64,000 bases of DNA from an uncultured Desulfobacterales bacterium (GTDB lineage Bacteria; Desulfobacterota; Desulfobacteria; Desulfobacterales; QNYZ01), in contig CAZNZW010000004.1 in the NCBI GenBank assembly GCA_964577615.1, forward strand, positions 11,511 through 75,510, in the 5' to 3' direction. Positions 41,181 through 49,823 of the stretch are shown here, one piece after another. A program made the position numbers and the translations under genes. The notes under the pieces are model-generated. The model saw only the letters and a list, made by a program, of their open reading frames with translations, searched no databases and was not told the DNA's origin. The stretch's first letter is position 1; each line of letters begins with the position of its first letter.

Positions 41181-41660
41181 TCACACCATCAATTCCTTAA
41201 CCGCCAGCATCGACGATCGCAACAGGTGCAGATCTTCAAGGACCGTCTTTCTCTGGTCAGATGTGAATTGCCGCAGGGTTTCCCGGTGAACATAATTCAA
41301 AAATTCCCGGATGGTGTCCATCCGTTTTTGCCCTTCGGGGGTTAAACTGAGAAGCGTTATGCGTGAATCTTCCGGATCTTTCACACGTTTAAGAAATTTT
41401 TTTTCAACCAGTCCATCAACAATTTTTGTCACCCGGCTTTTAACGACATTGAGCTTGTAGGCAATTCTTTTACTCGTCAGATACCGACTCTTCCCAAACA
41501 GGAGCAGGCAGCGTATTTCAGCATCGGGCAGCTGAAACTTTTCGCTCTGGTACTGTGCCCGTTCCTGACAGCATCGGAACAGGTCGGATATCAACGATTC
41601 AAACTGCGTCAGCTGATAATCGGGTATGTCCGCCTCATTTGTACGGGAATTATCTTTCAT
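41181..41660 (-). CDS. MarR-family transcriptional regulator
   Basis: The start is set at MKDNSRTNE (ATG 41660). Winged-HTH stretch LTSKRIAYKLNVVKSRVTKIVDGLVEKKFLKRVKDPEDSRITLLSLTPEG. Confidence 0.85.
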   Translation of the reverse strand: MKDNSRTNEADIPDYQLTQFESLISDLFRCCQERAQYQSEKFQLPDAEIRCLLLFGKSRYLTSKRIAYKLNVVKSRVTKIVDGLVEKKFLKRVKDPEDSRITLLSLTPEGQKRMDTIREFLNYVHRETLRQFTSDQRKTVLEDLHLLRSSMLAVKELMV

Positions 41661-41856
41661 AGCGTGAATTATATTGAATTCCGGTGGGATGTCAATACTT
41701 CTTTTCACTCTCCGGACAGGCCGGGGTCGGGATCCACTCAACAGTTGAAGGATTGATAAAAAAGCGGCACAATGGTATGAACAACAATCCATCCCGCATC
41801 AACGCGGCATCCCGCCGAAAGACATTTTGAGTGCCAGCGGGCATGCGGATCTGGTC

Positions 41857-41879
41857 ATTCAATGCGGCCGCTGTTGAAT
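41857..41879. promoter_or_regulatory. Palindrome ATTCAA-N11-TTGAAT in the marR / rhodanese divergent region
   Basis: 6-bp arms around a GCGGCCGC core, about 30 nt upstream of the rhodanese ATG. Confidence 0.3.
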
Positions 41880-41906
41880 TCAGCCGGATAACATAAAAGG
41901 AAACAC

Positions 41907-43031
41907 ATGGATCGAATATACAAAACGCCGGGCGTGCTTATTATAAAAATAATCGCGGTTTTTCTTATCGGATGCGCACCCATGCCGGCGCACCGGGCCG
42001 CCCCTCCGCCTCAGGCAGAAGCAGCGGGCCAATTTCATACACTGGTGGATGTGGCATTTGTCCGGCCATACATCCGCATGCCCCGCCCCCGGGGAGTCGC
42101 CATTATTGATTCCCGGCCTTATCTGTCCGGGTTTATTGCCGGACACATCCCCACGGCCGTCAGCATCCCCGCCGCACAATTCGATCAGTTTACCCATCGG
42201 CTGCCAGCGGATAAAAACAGTCTGCTGATTTTCTATTGCGATAACACCACCTGCCGGCAAAGTCACGCGTCCGCCAGGAAAGCGGAACAGCTCGGGTACC
42301 ATAATGTCAAGGTTCTGGCCGGCGGATATTCAGCGTATATCCGCTCGCCAGGCGCTTATGCCGGTATTTCCGCGCCGTACCTGATCCAATTGCTCTCATC
42401 CGGTCGCTTAATGCTCGTCGATGCCCGGCCCAGGCGGGCCAAATACGACAAGGGCTATATCCCCACCGCCATCAGCATGCCCGTCACCGAGTTTGATCAG
42501 CTCAAAGGCAAACTGCCGGCCGACAGGACCTTCCCGCTCGTTTTTTATTGTTGCGGATTGACATGAAAGCTGAGTCATCAAGCCGCCCGGCGGGCGGTTG
42601 CAATGGGATATACCAACGTCAAAGTCTTTGAGGCCGGCTATCCCGGCTACCAGAAATACATTGCCGCCCATGGCGATGATGCTGTACTCGAAGCGGGAAA
42701 AGAAGAGGGAGCCGTCGATATCGCGGCCTTTAAAAAGGCCCTGTCAGATCATCCGGCCAGCATGATGATTATCGATGTCCGCGACCCGGACGAATTTGCC
42801 GATGGACATTTCAAGACAGCCGTCAATCTCCCCCTGGGTACTTTTGATGAAAAAATCCCCGCCCTGCCTGCGGATAAACCCATTGTCCTTGTCTGCGCCA
42901 CAGGCGGTCGGGCCGGAGAGGCTTTCTATATGATCCAGGACCTGCGGCCGGCGCTGAAAAATGTCTATTTCCTCGATGCCGAATGCACCTACCACAAAGA
43001 CGGGTCATACCAGTTGAAACCACCCGAGTAG
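41907..43031 (+). CDS. Lipoprotein with three rhodanese domains; predicted selenoprotein (UGA 42564-42566 read as Sec)
   Basis: ORFs 41907..42566 and 42603..43031 share a frame and are separated by a single TGA. Lipobox AVFLIGC. The TGA aligns to Cys of FYCDNTTCRQSH in domain 1 (domain 2 reads FYCCGLT-TGA-KLSH). The third domain has CATGGRAGE. Confidence 0.7.
42576..42605 (+). other. Candidate bacterial SECIS hairpin
   Basis: Core stem CCGCC (42583-42587) / GGCGG (42593-42597), loop CGGCG, extended by AAC/GTT and CAT/ATG pairs with bulges. The apical loop lies about 24 nt after the U of UGA. Confidence 0.45.
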
Positions 43032-43059
43032 TTGATTAGTCTTCGCAGGCCGGGACGCC

Positions 43060-43701
43060 TTACCGGCCGTCACCAGTCGCTTGAATGCTCAACCGGATCG
43101 CCTGACCGGGCCGCCCGGCTTCCAGCAGCGCCGCGAGGGTCACTTTCTTACCGTCCAGCATCAGCGAACTTTCCGATCCGGTCAAAACCGGCGCGGCAAG
43201 ATTTAGAAATACCCGCACGGCCGAGACGTCCACATCGACCCCTTTTTCCAGAAAAGCCGGCCCGAGTTCCCGGGCCACAACGTTAAAAAGCCGGATCGTC
43301 ACCGTTCCCAGTGTGGATTCGGCTGGTGAATCGCCGCTTCCGGTACCCGTTGCCTGACAGGAAATACGTTGTCTCAGCTTGGCATAAAAGCCGCCCTTGC
43401 GCATGGTGGCCCCCACCAGGCCGGGCATGGCGGCGGACAGGGCCACAATGTCACCATCAGAAACCACCGTTTTTTCAACATCATCCACCGGGCTGCTGTT
43501 TAAAAACAAGGTCTGTACCCGGTTTTTCAGATAATCCGCATCGATCCCGAGTTGACCGCACAACAGACGGGAAAGAGATCCACCCACCCGGGCCTGTACT
43601 GAAAATCCTTTGGACAGCAGCGCCTGCAGTCCGGGCAAAACTGTTTCCCGCGAGCGGATGTAAATTCCAGATTCTTTTGTATCCATGTTTGATAAAGTCA
43701 T
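43060..43701 (-). CDS. Hypothetical protein (213 aa), last gene of the corrinoid/MtmB-like operon
   Basis: AAGGAGG SD upstream of ATG 43701. I recognise no motif. Confidence 0.55.
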   Translation of the reverse strand: MTLSNMDTKESGIYIRSRETVLPGLQALLSKGFSVQARVGGSLSRLLCGQLGIDADYLKNRVQTLFLNSSPVDDVEKTVVSDGDIVALSAAMPGLVGATMRKGGFYAKLRQRISCQATGTGSGDSPAESTLGTVTIRLFNVVARELGPAFLEKGVDVDVSAVRVFLNLAAPVLTGSESSLMLDGKKVTLAALLEAGRPGQAIRLSIQATGDGR

Positions 43702-43744
43702 GCAGCCTCCTTATGCCAGGAACATTGAAAATGCCGATTGTCGA

Positions 43745-44236
43745 TCACAAATCGTACAGGGTATCATCCCGCCGGGGGGGAAGTCTGCGCCGGGCCGTCT
43801 TACTTTTCCGATCCGGCAGCAGAAACGGATCTTCCGTTTCAAGCAGATCCCCCATCTGCGCTTCGATTTCATCCGGATCCTGACCGTCTTTCATCCGTTG
43901 AAGCGCTTCCTGCATCCCCGGGCCCAGTTCCATGCCGGTGATATCGGTCAGTTTTTCCATCAGTTTTGCGGCCTGGCGGGGATCGTCTTCGTTGATCTGT
44001 CCCGCCTCGGTGGCCAGCATCTGCATGGCTTTTTCCATCTTGCGCTCGTCAATGGGAAAATCGTCCACGGCATCTTCTTCCTGTTTACGGCCGCCGATGG
44101 CAAAAAGGGAGATTTCACGTGTCAGGGACCGGGTTTTACATTGGGGGCACTTGGGGCGTTTGGTCGTGTTGATGGTCTTTGAGAAAAAATTGAATATCGT
44201 ATGGCATGCATCACAATAAAATTCGTAAATCGGCAT
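43745..44236 (-). CDS. FmdB-family zinc-ribbon protein with an acidic tail
   Basis: MPIYEFYCDACHTIF...CPQCK (CxxC...CxxC), typical of the FmdB-type putative regulatory family. Confidence 0.8.
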   Translation of the reverse strand: MPIYEFYCDACHTIFNFFSKTINTTKRPKCPQCKTRSLTREISLFAIGGRKQEEDAVDDFPIDERKMEKAMQMLATEAGQINEDDPRQAAKLMEKLTDITGMELGPGMQEALQRMKDGQDPDEIEAQMGDLLETEDPFLLPDRKSKTARRRLPPRRDDTLYDL

Positions 44237-44271
44237 GGCGCTTTCCTCTCTGATCGCGGTTTTTTCATCAG

Positions 44272-44299
44272 GGGATCTGATGGGTTCACATCAGATCCC
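44272..44299. other. Perfect 11-bp hairpin in the mtmB-like / fmdB intergenic region
   Basis: GGGATCTGATG (44272-44282), loop GGTTCA, CATCAGATCCC (44289-44299). No U tract follows it on the coding (minus) strand. Confidence 0.6.
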
Positions 44300-44376
44300 T
44301 TGCGACTTAATTTACCACGAATTCATCAAAGAAAAAAGACGGTATGCACCGATCAAAAAGGCCGCCGCTTCGCTGT

Positions 44377-45759
44377 CTAAAAAGGAAACACCACGCCCAT
44401 TGCGGCAATGTCGTCTTTCACCTTTCGATACATGTCATAATGCTCCTGGCTGGGAAGCGCTTTGGCAACATCATAGCATTCAGGGTATTCCTTGCCCATG
44501 GACGCGGTCGCCGCCTGATCTTCGTATTTGGCCAGCAGTTTCAGGGCAATCTCATTGGCTGCCTCGCGGGTCATCCCCATCTGGGCCACGGCATGGCCGA
44601 CCTCGACCCCCAGGCGGGCTTCCATGGGCGTGGCACGGTTCCGGTATTTATTGCGGGTGGAGGCCATCTCCCATAAATGCCAGCCACTGACCGTACTGAC
44701 CAGGGCATGGCAGGCCGTTTCATAAAAAAGCATCTCGGTCATGGGGCCGGCATTGGCAAAACCGTTACTGGTGTACAGCAGCTTGCTGTTACGCGCCATG
44801 GCCTGACCGGCCATGGCAATGGGCCACAGCAATTCCCGGGTGGTATTGGATCCATAATTGAGATGAAAGGGAAAATGCTGATTGAACATGGCCCCGTGAA
44901 TCAGAAGCCCCTTGAGACTGTAAGCCACCAGAGTAACGGCCACGCCTTCGGAGCCGCCGCACCAGCCGCCGTAAATGGGGCCGGTCAGATTGCCGGTGTA
45001 ACAGCCATATTGGGCATAATGAACCGAGCGGTTGAGAAGGGTGTCGGCGGTTTTAAATTCGGTTAACGATCCCACCAGGCGGGCGTCGGTGGTGCGGACG
45101 CCCCATTCGTCGTTGGAAACTGCAATCTGGCCGGCATCATGCTCGGCCGTCCCCACAGCCACAAAAAAGGTGCCCGGGCGACCCAGTTGCCGGGCAGCGG
45201 CCCGCATATTGTAAATATGCTGGATGCAGCCGTTGATTTCAGTCGGCCCGCCCGACTCGATCAACTGCCCGATGGCATCTTCCAGAATCGGGGCGCAGAA
45301 GCCGTCGAGCAACGGCTCTTTCAGGTAGGCGGCGCACATGGAATGATGCAGATGTTCGTCAACGGTAATGTCCGGGCTGTAAATACAGAAAGGCGGCTCG
45401 GTATCCTCCACCTGCCGATGTTTCCACAGCCTGGCATCTTTGCCTTCACCCACCCAGTACCGGTCTTTGGCAACATACAGCGCCTCTTTGATCTCCGCGT
45501 CGGTCACCTGAATGATGCGGTGAGAATCGATATTATAGACGCCGACTTCCCGGAAAAGGTCCCAGCCCGCCTGCCAGATGCGATCCGCCATGGCATCGTC
45601 GGCGGGCAGCGGCGTTTCCGGATCGTATTTTATCTCGTATTTTTTGATAATTTTCTTGAGCGTCGGGGTAAACAATCTGGGCAGAAAATCGTCTTCGTCA
45701 ATGTGGGGGCCGGTCTTGGACCGGTCCATCATTTCCCAGATGCGATAGGCTGTGGTCAT
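44377..45759 (-). CDS. MtmB-family (monomethylamine methyltransferase-like) protein without pyrrolysine
   Basis: 460 aa, collinear (from memory of archaeal MtmB) with GRPG..., GSNTTRE, AGPMTEM, TPMEARLGVEV and the C-terminal GKEYPECYDV...MGVVFPF. There is no in-frame TAG. Confidence 0.75.
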   Translation of the reverse strand: MTTAYRIWEMMDRSKTGPHIDEDDFLPRLFTPTLKKIIKKYEIKYDPETPLPADDAMADRIWQAGWDLFREVGVYNIDSHRIIQVTDAEIKEALYVAKDRYWVGEGKDARLWKHRQVEDTEPPFCIYSPDITVDEHLHHSMCAAYLKEPLLDGFCAPILEDAIGQLIESGGPTEINGCIQHIYNMRAAARQLGRPGTFFVAVGTAEHDAGQIAVSNDEWGVRTTDARLVGSLTEFKTADTLLNRSVHYAQYGCYTGNLTGPIYGGWCGGSEGVAVTLVAYSLKGLLIHGAMFNQHFPFHLNYGSNTTRELLWPIAMAGQAMARNSKLLYTSNGFANAGPMTEMLFYETACHALVSTVSGWHLWEMASTRNKYRNRATPMEARLGVEVGHAVAQMGMTREAANEIALKLLAKYEDQAATASMGKEYPECYDVAKALPSQEHYDMYRKVKDDIAAMGVVFPF

Positions 45760-45877
45760 GGTGATTCCTCCCGTCGGTTATCAGTCTCCCGCATACAGAC
45801 CATCCTCAGGTCATCTTTGAATAAATCAATACCTGAATACCGTCATTGAAATTTGGCTGGTTCCGTTATCCCCAGTT

Positions 45878-46516
45878 CTATTTATCCAACAGGTCCGCCA
45901 TTTTGGTCGCCGCGCAATTGGCATCTTCGCAATAAAGATCGGCCCCGATCATATCCGCCCACATCTGGGAAGTCGGCGCCCCCCCGATGACGACCTTGTA
46001 CTTGTCCCTCAGGCCCTTATCCTTTAAAAACTCGATAATCTCTTTCTGGCGCGGTATCGTGGTGGTCATCAAGGACGATGCGCCGATAAAATCCGCCCCC
46101 ATCTCCTCGGCCGCCTTGATAAAATCCAGGGAGTCCACATCGTAGCCGAGATCTTTGACCTCGAATCCATTGGTTTCCAGCATCAGCTTGACAATATTTT
46201 TTCCGATTTCATGCAGATCGCCCTTTACCACACCGATAACCACCTTGCCCCTGGAAAAATCCCCTTTCGTGTCTTTCAGCTCGGGCTTGACGATATCCAC
46301 CACAGCGGTCAGGGCTTCCCCGGCCATCATGACTTCGGGCAAAAAAATTTCCAGGTCGGCAAACAGGTTGCCCACCCGCTCCATGGTTTTGGTCAGGCTG
46401 TCCAGGATTTCCAGCGGATCGGCCCCCTGGTCCAGAAGCGCCCGGGCGGCGGATTCACTGGCTTCTGTTTCACCGGTTTCAACCAGTTTATTCAATTCTT
46501 CCAATGACATGGACAT
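45878..46516 (-). CDS. Cobalamin-binding corrinoid protein (MtmC/MttC/MtgC-like)
   Basis: N-terminal B12 cap helix bundle plus a Rossmann domain with DxHxxG (GDLHEIGKNIV) and SSLMTTT. Confidence 0.9.
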   Translation of the reverse strand: MSMSLEELNKLVETGETEASESAARALLDQGADPLEILDSLTKTMERVGNLFADLEIFLPEVMMAGEALTAVVDIVKPELKDTKGDFSRGKVVIGVVKGDLHEIGKNIVKLMLETNGFEVKDLGYDVDSLDFIKAAEEMGADFIGASSLMTTTIPRQKEIIEFLKDKGLRDKYKVVIGGAPTSQMWADMIGADLYCEDANCAATKMADLLDK

Positions 46517-46616
46517 CCTCCTTGAAAAAAAGGCAACAATGCGTCATCTTATCGATTCCTGACGCGGCCATCCCGGCCACGATTCATGATCATTTTTAAT
46601 ATATTAATAATATTTT

Positions 46617-46647
46617 TGTCAATCCATTACTGATATTTATATTGACA
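46617..46647. promoter_or_regulatory. Candidate GntR operator TGTCAAT-N17-ATTGACA
   Basis: Perfect 7-bp arms (46617-46623 / 46641-46647) in the AT-rich divergent region between the corrinoid gene and gntR. Confidence 0.4.
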
Positions 46648-46678
46648 TTTTAGATGGATCGGTTAATAGGTTAAACCC

Positions 46679-47311
46679 ATGAATAAAGAAGAGGCCTACG
46701 AAAATCTGCGCATGCGCATTATTACCAATGATGTCGCGCCCGGAGAAATCCTCAACGAGAAGGATCTCATGGCCCGGCTCGGTATCGGCCGGTCCCCGTT
46801 GCGGGAAGTCCTTTTCCGGCTGCAGGAGGAGAACCTGATCAATCCCCTGCCCCGGCTGGGCTATATGGTGACTCCCCTGGATATCTCGGATGTGCGCGAA
46901 CTGGTGGAGCTGCGCCGGGAGCTGGAGGGGTTTGCCGGATATCTGGCGGCCCAGCGCATCACCGACAGTCAACTCGAAGACCTGCGCGCCCTCATCCACC
47001 AGGCCGAAACAGACGCTCCTCAAAAGCATGAATTCACCAGCATTTCGGAATATTACGACACCCGGTTTCATGATCTGCTTTACCAGGCCGCCCACAACCG
47101 GAAACTGGCTAAAACCTTACGGGGGCTGCATATCGACATGCTCCGGATCTGGTTTCATGTGGGACTCGATGCCATTGGATTTTCACCCGAGGTTCAAAAT
47201 TTTCACACTGTTCTGGCCGCCCTGGAACAAAAAGATGCCGAAAAGACCCGAAAGGCCATGGAAGCCCACGTGGATTTTTACGCGGCCCAGGTCAAGGATA
47301 AATTTCTATAA
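46679..47311 (+). CDS. GntR-family regulator (FadR/FCD type)
   Basis: NEKDLMARLGIGRSPLREVLFRLQEENLI wHTH plus an all-helical FCD-like C-terminal domain. Confidence 0.88.
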   Translation: MNKEEAYENLRMRIITNDVAPGEILNEKDLMARLGIGRSPLREVLFRLQEENLINPLPRLGYMVTPLDISDVRELVELRRELEGFAGYLAAQRITDSQLEDLRALIHQAETDAPQKHEFTSISEYYDTRFHDLLYQAAHNRKLAKTLRGLHIDMLRIWFHVGLDAIGFSPEVQNFHTVLAALEQKDAEKTRKAMEAHVDFYAAQVKDKFL

Positions 47312-47323
47312 GAGGAACGTTTC

Positions 47324-48796
47324 ATGAGTGATGAACCGGCGTCCCGCTGTATCCCCCACCACTACCGCCTGCTGACTGACGCGCAGATCAAACGCCTTCA
47401 TACCGCCACACTTGACATCCTGGAAACGGTCGGGGTCCGGGTTGAACATGATCAGGCCCGCCGGATGCTGGCCGATGCCGGGTGCCGGATCGCTGAAAAC
47501 GGAAATGTCCGTATCCCCGGCCAGATGGTGGAAGATGCCATTGACAGTGCGCCTTCACAGATAACCGTATACAACCGCCTGGGAGAAAAAGCCCTTCAGC
47601 TGGAAGGCCACCGCATCCACTTTGGCATGGGCACCGATCTTGCCAAAACCTATGACCTTGACACCGGCGAACTGCGGGCATCCTTGCTGAAAGATGTCCA
47701 AACAGCCGTCCACATTGCCGATGCCCTGCCGGAAATTGATTTTATCGCTTCATACGCCATTCCCACGGATTCGCCCTCCAACATGATATACGTGGATGCA
47801 TTTAAGGCGCAGCTGGAAAATTCCACCAAGCCCATATTTTTCACAGCCGCCGGACGGGAAGATATCGAGATCATCCGGGACATGGCGGCCGCGGCCGCTG
47901 GCGGGAAAAAAAATGTCCGCGACAAACCGTTCTGGATCCATTACGCGGAACCGCTCAGCCCGCTGATTCACACGACCGGGGCGATAGACAAGCTGTTTTT
48001 TTGCGCGGACAACCATATTCCGATCACTTACACACCGGGCATGATGTCCGGCGCCACGGCCCCGGTAACGCTGGCCGGTGCCCTGGCCCAGGGAAATGCC
48101 GAGGCATTGAGCGGACTGGTAATGCATCAGCTCCGCTGTCCGGGCGCGCCGATTATTTCGGGCATCGGCATGTCGACCATGGATATGGCCCGGGCCACCT
48201 GCATCTATGGATGTCCCGAATACCGTCTGGCCCTGTCGGCCTGTGCCGATCTGTACCACCATTACCAGCTCCCCATGTGGGGAACCGCCGGTGTCACCGA
48301 TGCCAACTGCCTTGACCAGCAGGCCGGGATGGAGTGGGGAATTTCCCTGATGCTGAACGCCATGTCCGGTGCCAACCTGATTCACGATGTCGGCTATATG
48401 GGTCAGGGGCTGATCGGCCACCCGGCCGCCCTGGTTATCTGTGATGAAATCATCAGCTATGTGAGACGATTTATGCGTGGATTTGACCTGGACGATGTCC
48501 ACCTGGATCTGGACTCGATCCGCCAGGTGGGCGCGGGGGGCAGTTTTTTATCCACCGATCAGACGGCGATGCGGTTCAGATCGGAGCATTGGTATCCCAC
48601 CCTCTCCAATCGAAAACCGGTGGGACTCTGGGAAAAAGAAGGGACCCGAGGCATGATTGACCTTGCGGTGGAAAAAGCCAGGGATATCCTGCGGAACCAT
48701 TCCCCGGCCCCCTTGACCGAATCCGTTCAGCAGGAGCTGCATGAGATTCGGTCTCAGGCAGAACACAGCCTCCGCAATATTCGTTTTGAAACCTGA
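47324..48796 (+). CDS. MttB-superfamily methyltransferase without pyrrolysine (quaternary-amine:corrinoid type)
   Basis: LTDAQIKRLHTATLDILETVGVRV N-terminus. The region aligning to the archaeal Pyl site reads WGTAGVTDANCLDQQAG, with no TAG. Confidence 0.82.
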   Translation: MSDEPASRCIPHHYRLLTDAQIKRLHTATLDILETVGVRVEHDQARRMLADAGCRIAENGNVRIPGQMVEDAIDSAPSQITVYNRLGEKALQLEGHRIHFGMGTDLAKTYDLDTGELRASLLKDVQTAVHIADALPEIDFIASYAIPTDSPSNMIYVDAFKAQLENSTKPIFFTAAGREDIEIIRDMAAAAAGGKKNVRDKPFWIHYAEPLSPLIHTTGAIDKLFFCADNHIPITYTPGMMSGATAPVTLAGALAQGNAEALSGLVMHQLRCPGAPIISGIGMSTMDMARATCIYGCPEYRLALSACADLYHHYQLPMWGTAGVTDANCLDQQAGMEWGISLMLNAMSGANLIHDVGYMGQGLIGHPAALVICDEIISYVRRFMRGFDLDDVHLDLDSIRQVGAGGSFLSTDQTAMRFRSEHWYPTLSNRKPVGLWEKEGTRGMIDLAVEKARDILRNHSPAPLTESVQQELHEIRSQAEHSLRNIRFET

Positions 48797-48840
48797 TTTT
48801 ATCTGGGATGGGACAACACGCAGATGCCAGTCCGGCCCCA

Positions 48841-49722
48841 TCAATCGTTGCGCGCCATATAGGTCTCCAGCCACTGGACGCCGAAGGAAAGCGTCAGGCA
48901 CATGACAAGATACATGGCGGTAATGGTGAGCCACACCTCGATGGTGACATGGGTGGCGGCCATCACCTGCATCCCCTGAAAAGTAAGTTCCTGGATCGAA
49001 ATAATCGACACAATGGCCGAGTATTTGATGGTATTGATGAACTCATTGGCCAATGGCGGCAGCACCCGTTTGAGCGCCTGGGGCATAACGATGTCCCGCA
49101 TCTGCTGCCGCCAGGACATCCCCAGGGCATAGGACGCTTCCCATTGACCTTTTTCAATGGATTGAATCCCGGCACGCACAATTTCGGTGATATAAGCGCC
49201 TTGAAAGACGGCCACTGTAACGACACCGGAAATAAAAGCCGTAAACAGATCCGGCGTCGAGAACAACCAAGCGAGGATTTTCTGGGTGCCGGGATCCCGG
49301 CTCCGGATAAACGATTCGACCCCCAGAATGGGCATGATTTGAGAGCTGACAAAAAAATAAAAGATAAAAATCAGCACCAGCGGGGGAACATTGCGGATCA
49401 ATTCCACATAAGTGCGGCCCACCAGGCGGTTGAACAGGCGGGGCGTTGTTCGCAATACGCCGGCCACCAGTCCGAAAACCGTGGCCAGCAAGGTGGCCCA
49501 CACGCTCAAACGGATGGTGGTAAACAGCCCCTGCAGCAGGACATTGGCTTTCCAGCGACCTTCGGCTTCATCAAAAAACCAGAGGTATTGGGGAATAATG
49601 GACCAGTTCCACTTGTAGTTGAGTTTGACGGCCAGCCGATAGACAATGAAAGCCGCCAGCGCCAATAGCAGTGCGGTCACAACCACATCCAGTCGGGTTA
49701 TACGTGTTTTGCGATGGTGCAA
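48841..49722 (-). CDS. ABC transporter permease (polar amino acid type)
   Basis: EAA-loop-containing HisM/GlnP-like permease with a long N-terminal extension, paralogous to 51578..52402. Confidence 0.85.
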   Translation of the reverse strand: MHHRKTRITRLDVVVTALLLALAAFIVYRLAVKLNYKWNWSIIPQYLWFFDEAEGRWKANVLLQGLFTTIRLSVWATLLATVFGLVAGVLRTTPRLFNRLVGRTYVELIRNVPPLVLIFIFYFFVSSQIMPILGVESFIRSRDPGTQKILAWLFSTPDLFTAFISGVVTVAVFQGAYITEIVRAGIQSIEKGQWEASYALGMSWRQQMRDIVMPQALKRVLPPLANEFINTIKYSAIVSIISIQELTFQGMQVMAATHVTIEVWLTITAMYLVMCLTLSFGVQWLETYMARND

Positions 49723-49823
49723 AAAAGCCCTCTGCGCTATACCTGTTTATCCAGTTCAGCCAATCTGTCCACCAGGCCCGTCTCTACCCCTGGAAGGGGC
49801 AGAGTCCGGCCCGATAGGATCCA

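Noticed and set aside
42603-43031. 142-aa ORF treated as an independent gene
   Set aside because: It would start (MGYTNVKVFEAGY) in the middle of a rhodanese domain whose first half ends the preceding same-frame ORF, and it has no SD. It is better explained as the continuation of a Sec-containing (or, less likely, nonsense-mutated) single gene.
44377-48796. Pyrrolysine (in-frame TAG) in the MtmB-like and MttB-like genes
   Set aside because: Both ORFs are uninterrupted. The columns aligning to the archaeal Pyl positions encode ordinary residues, and no pyl genes are in the window.
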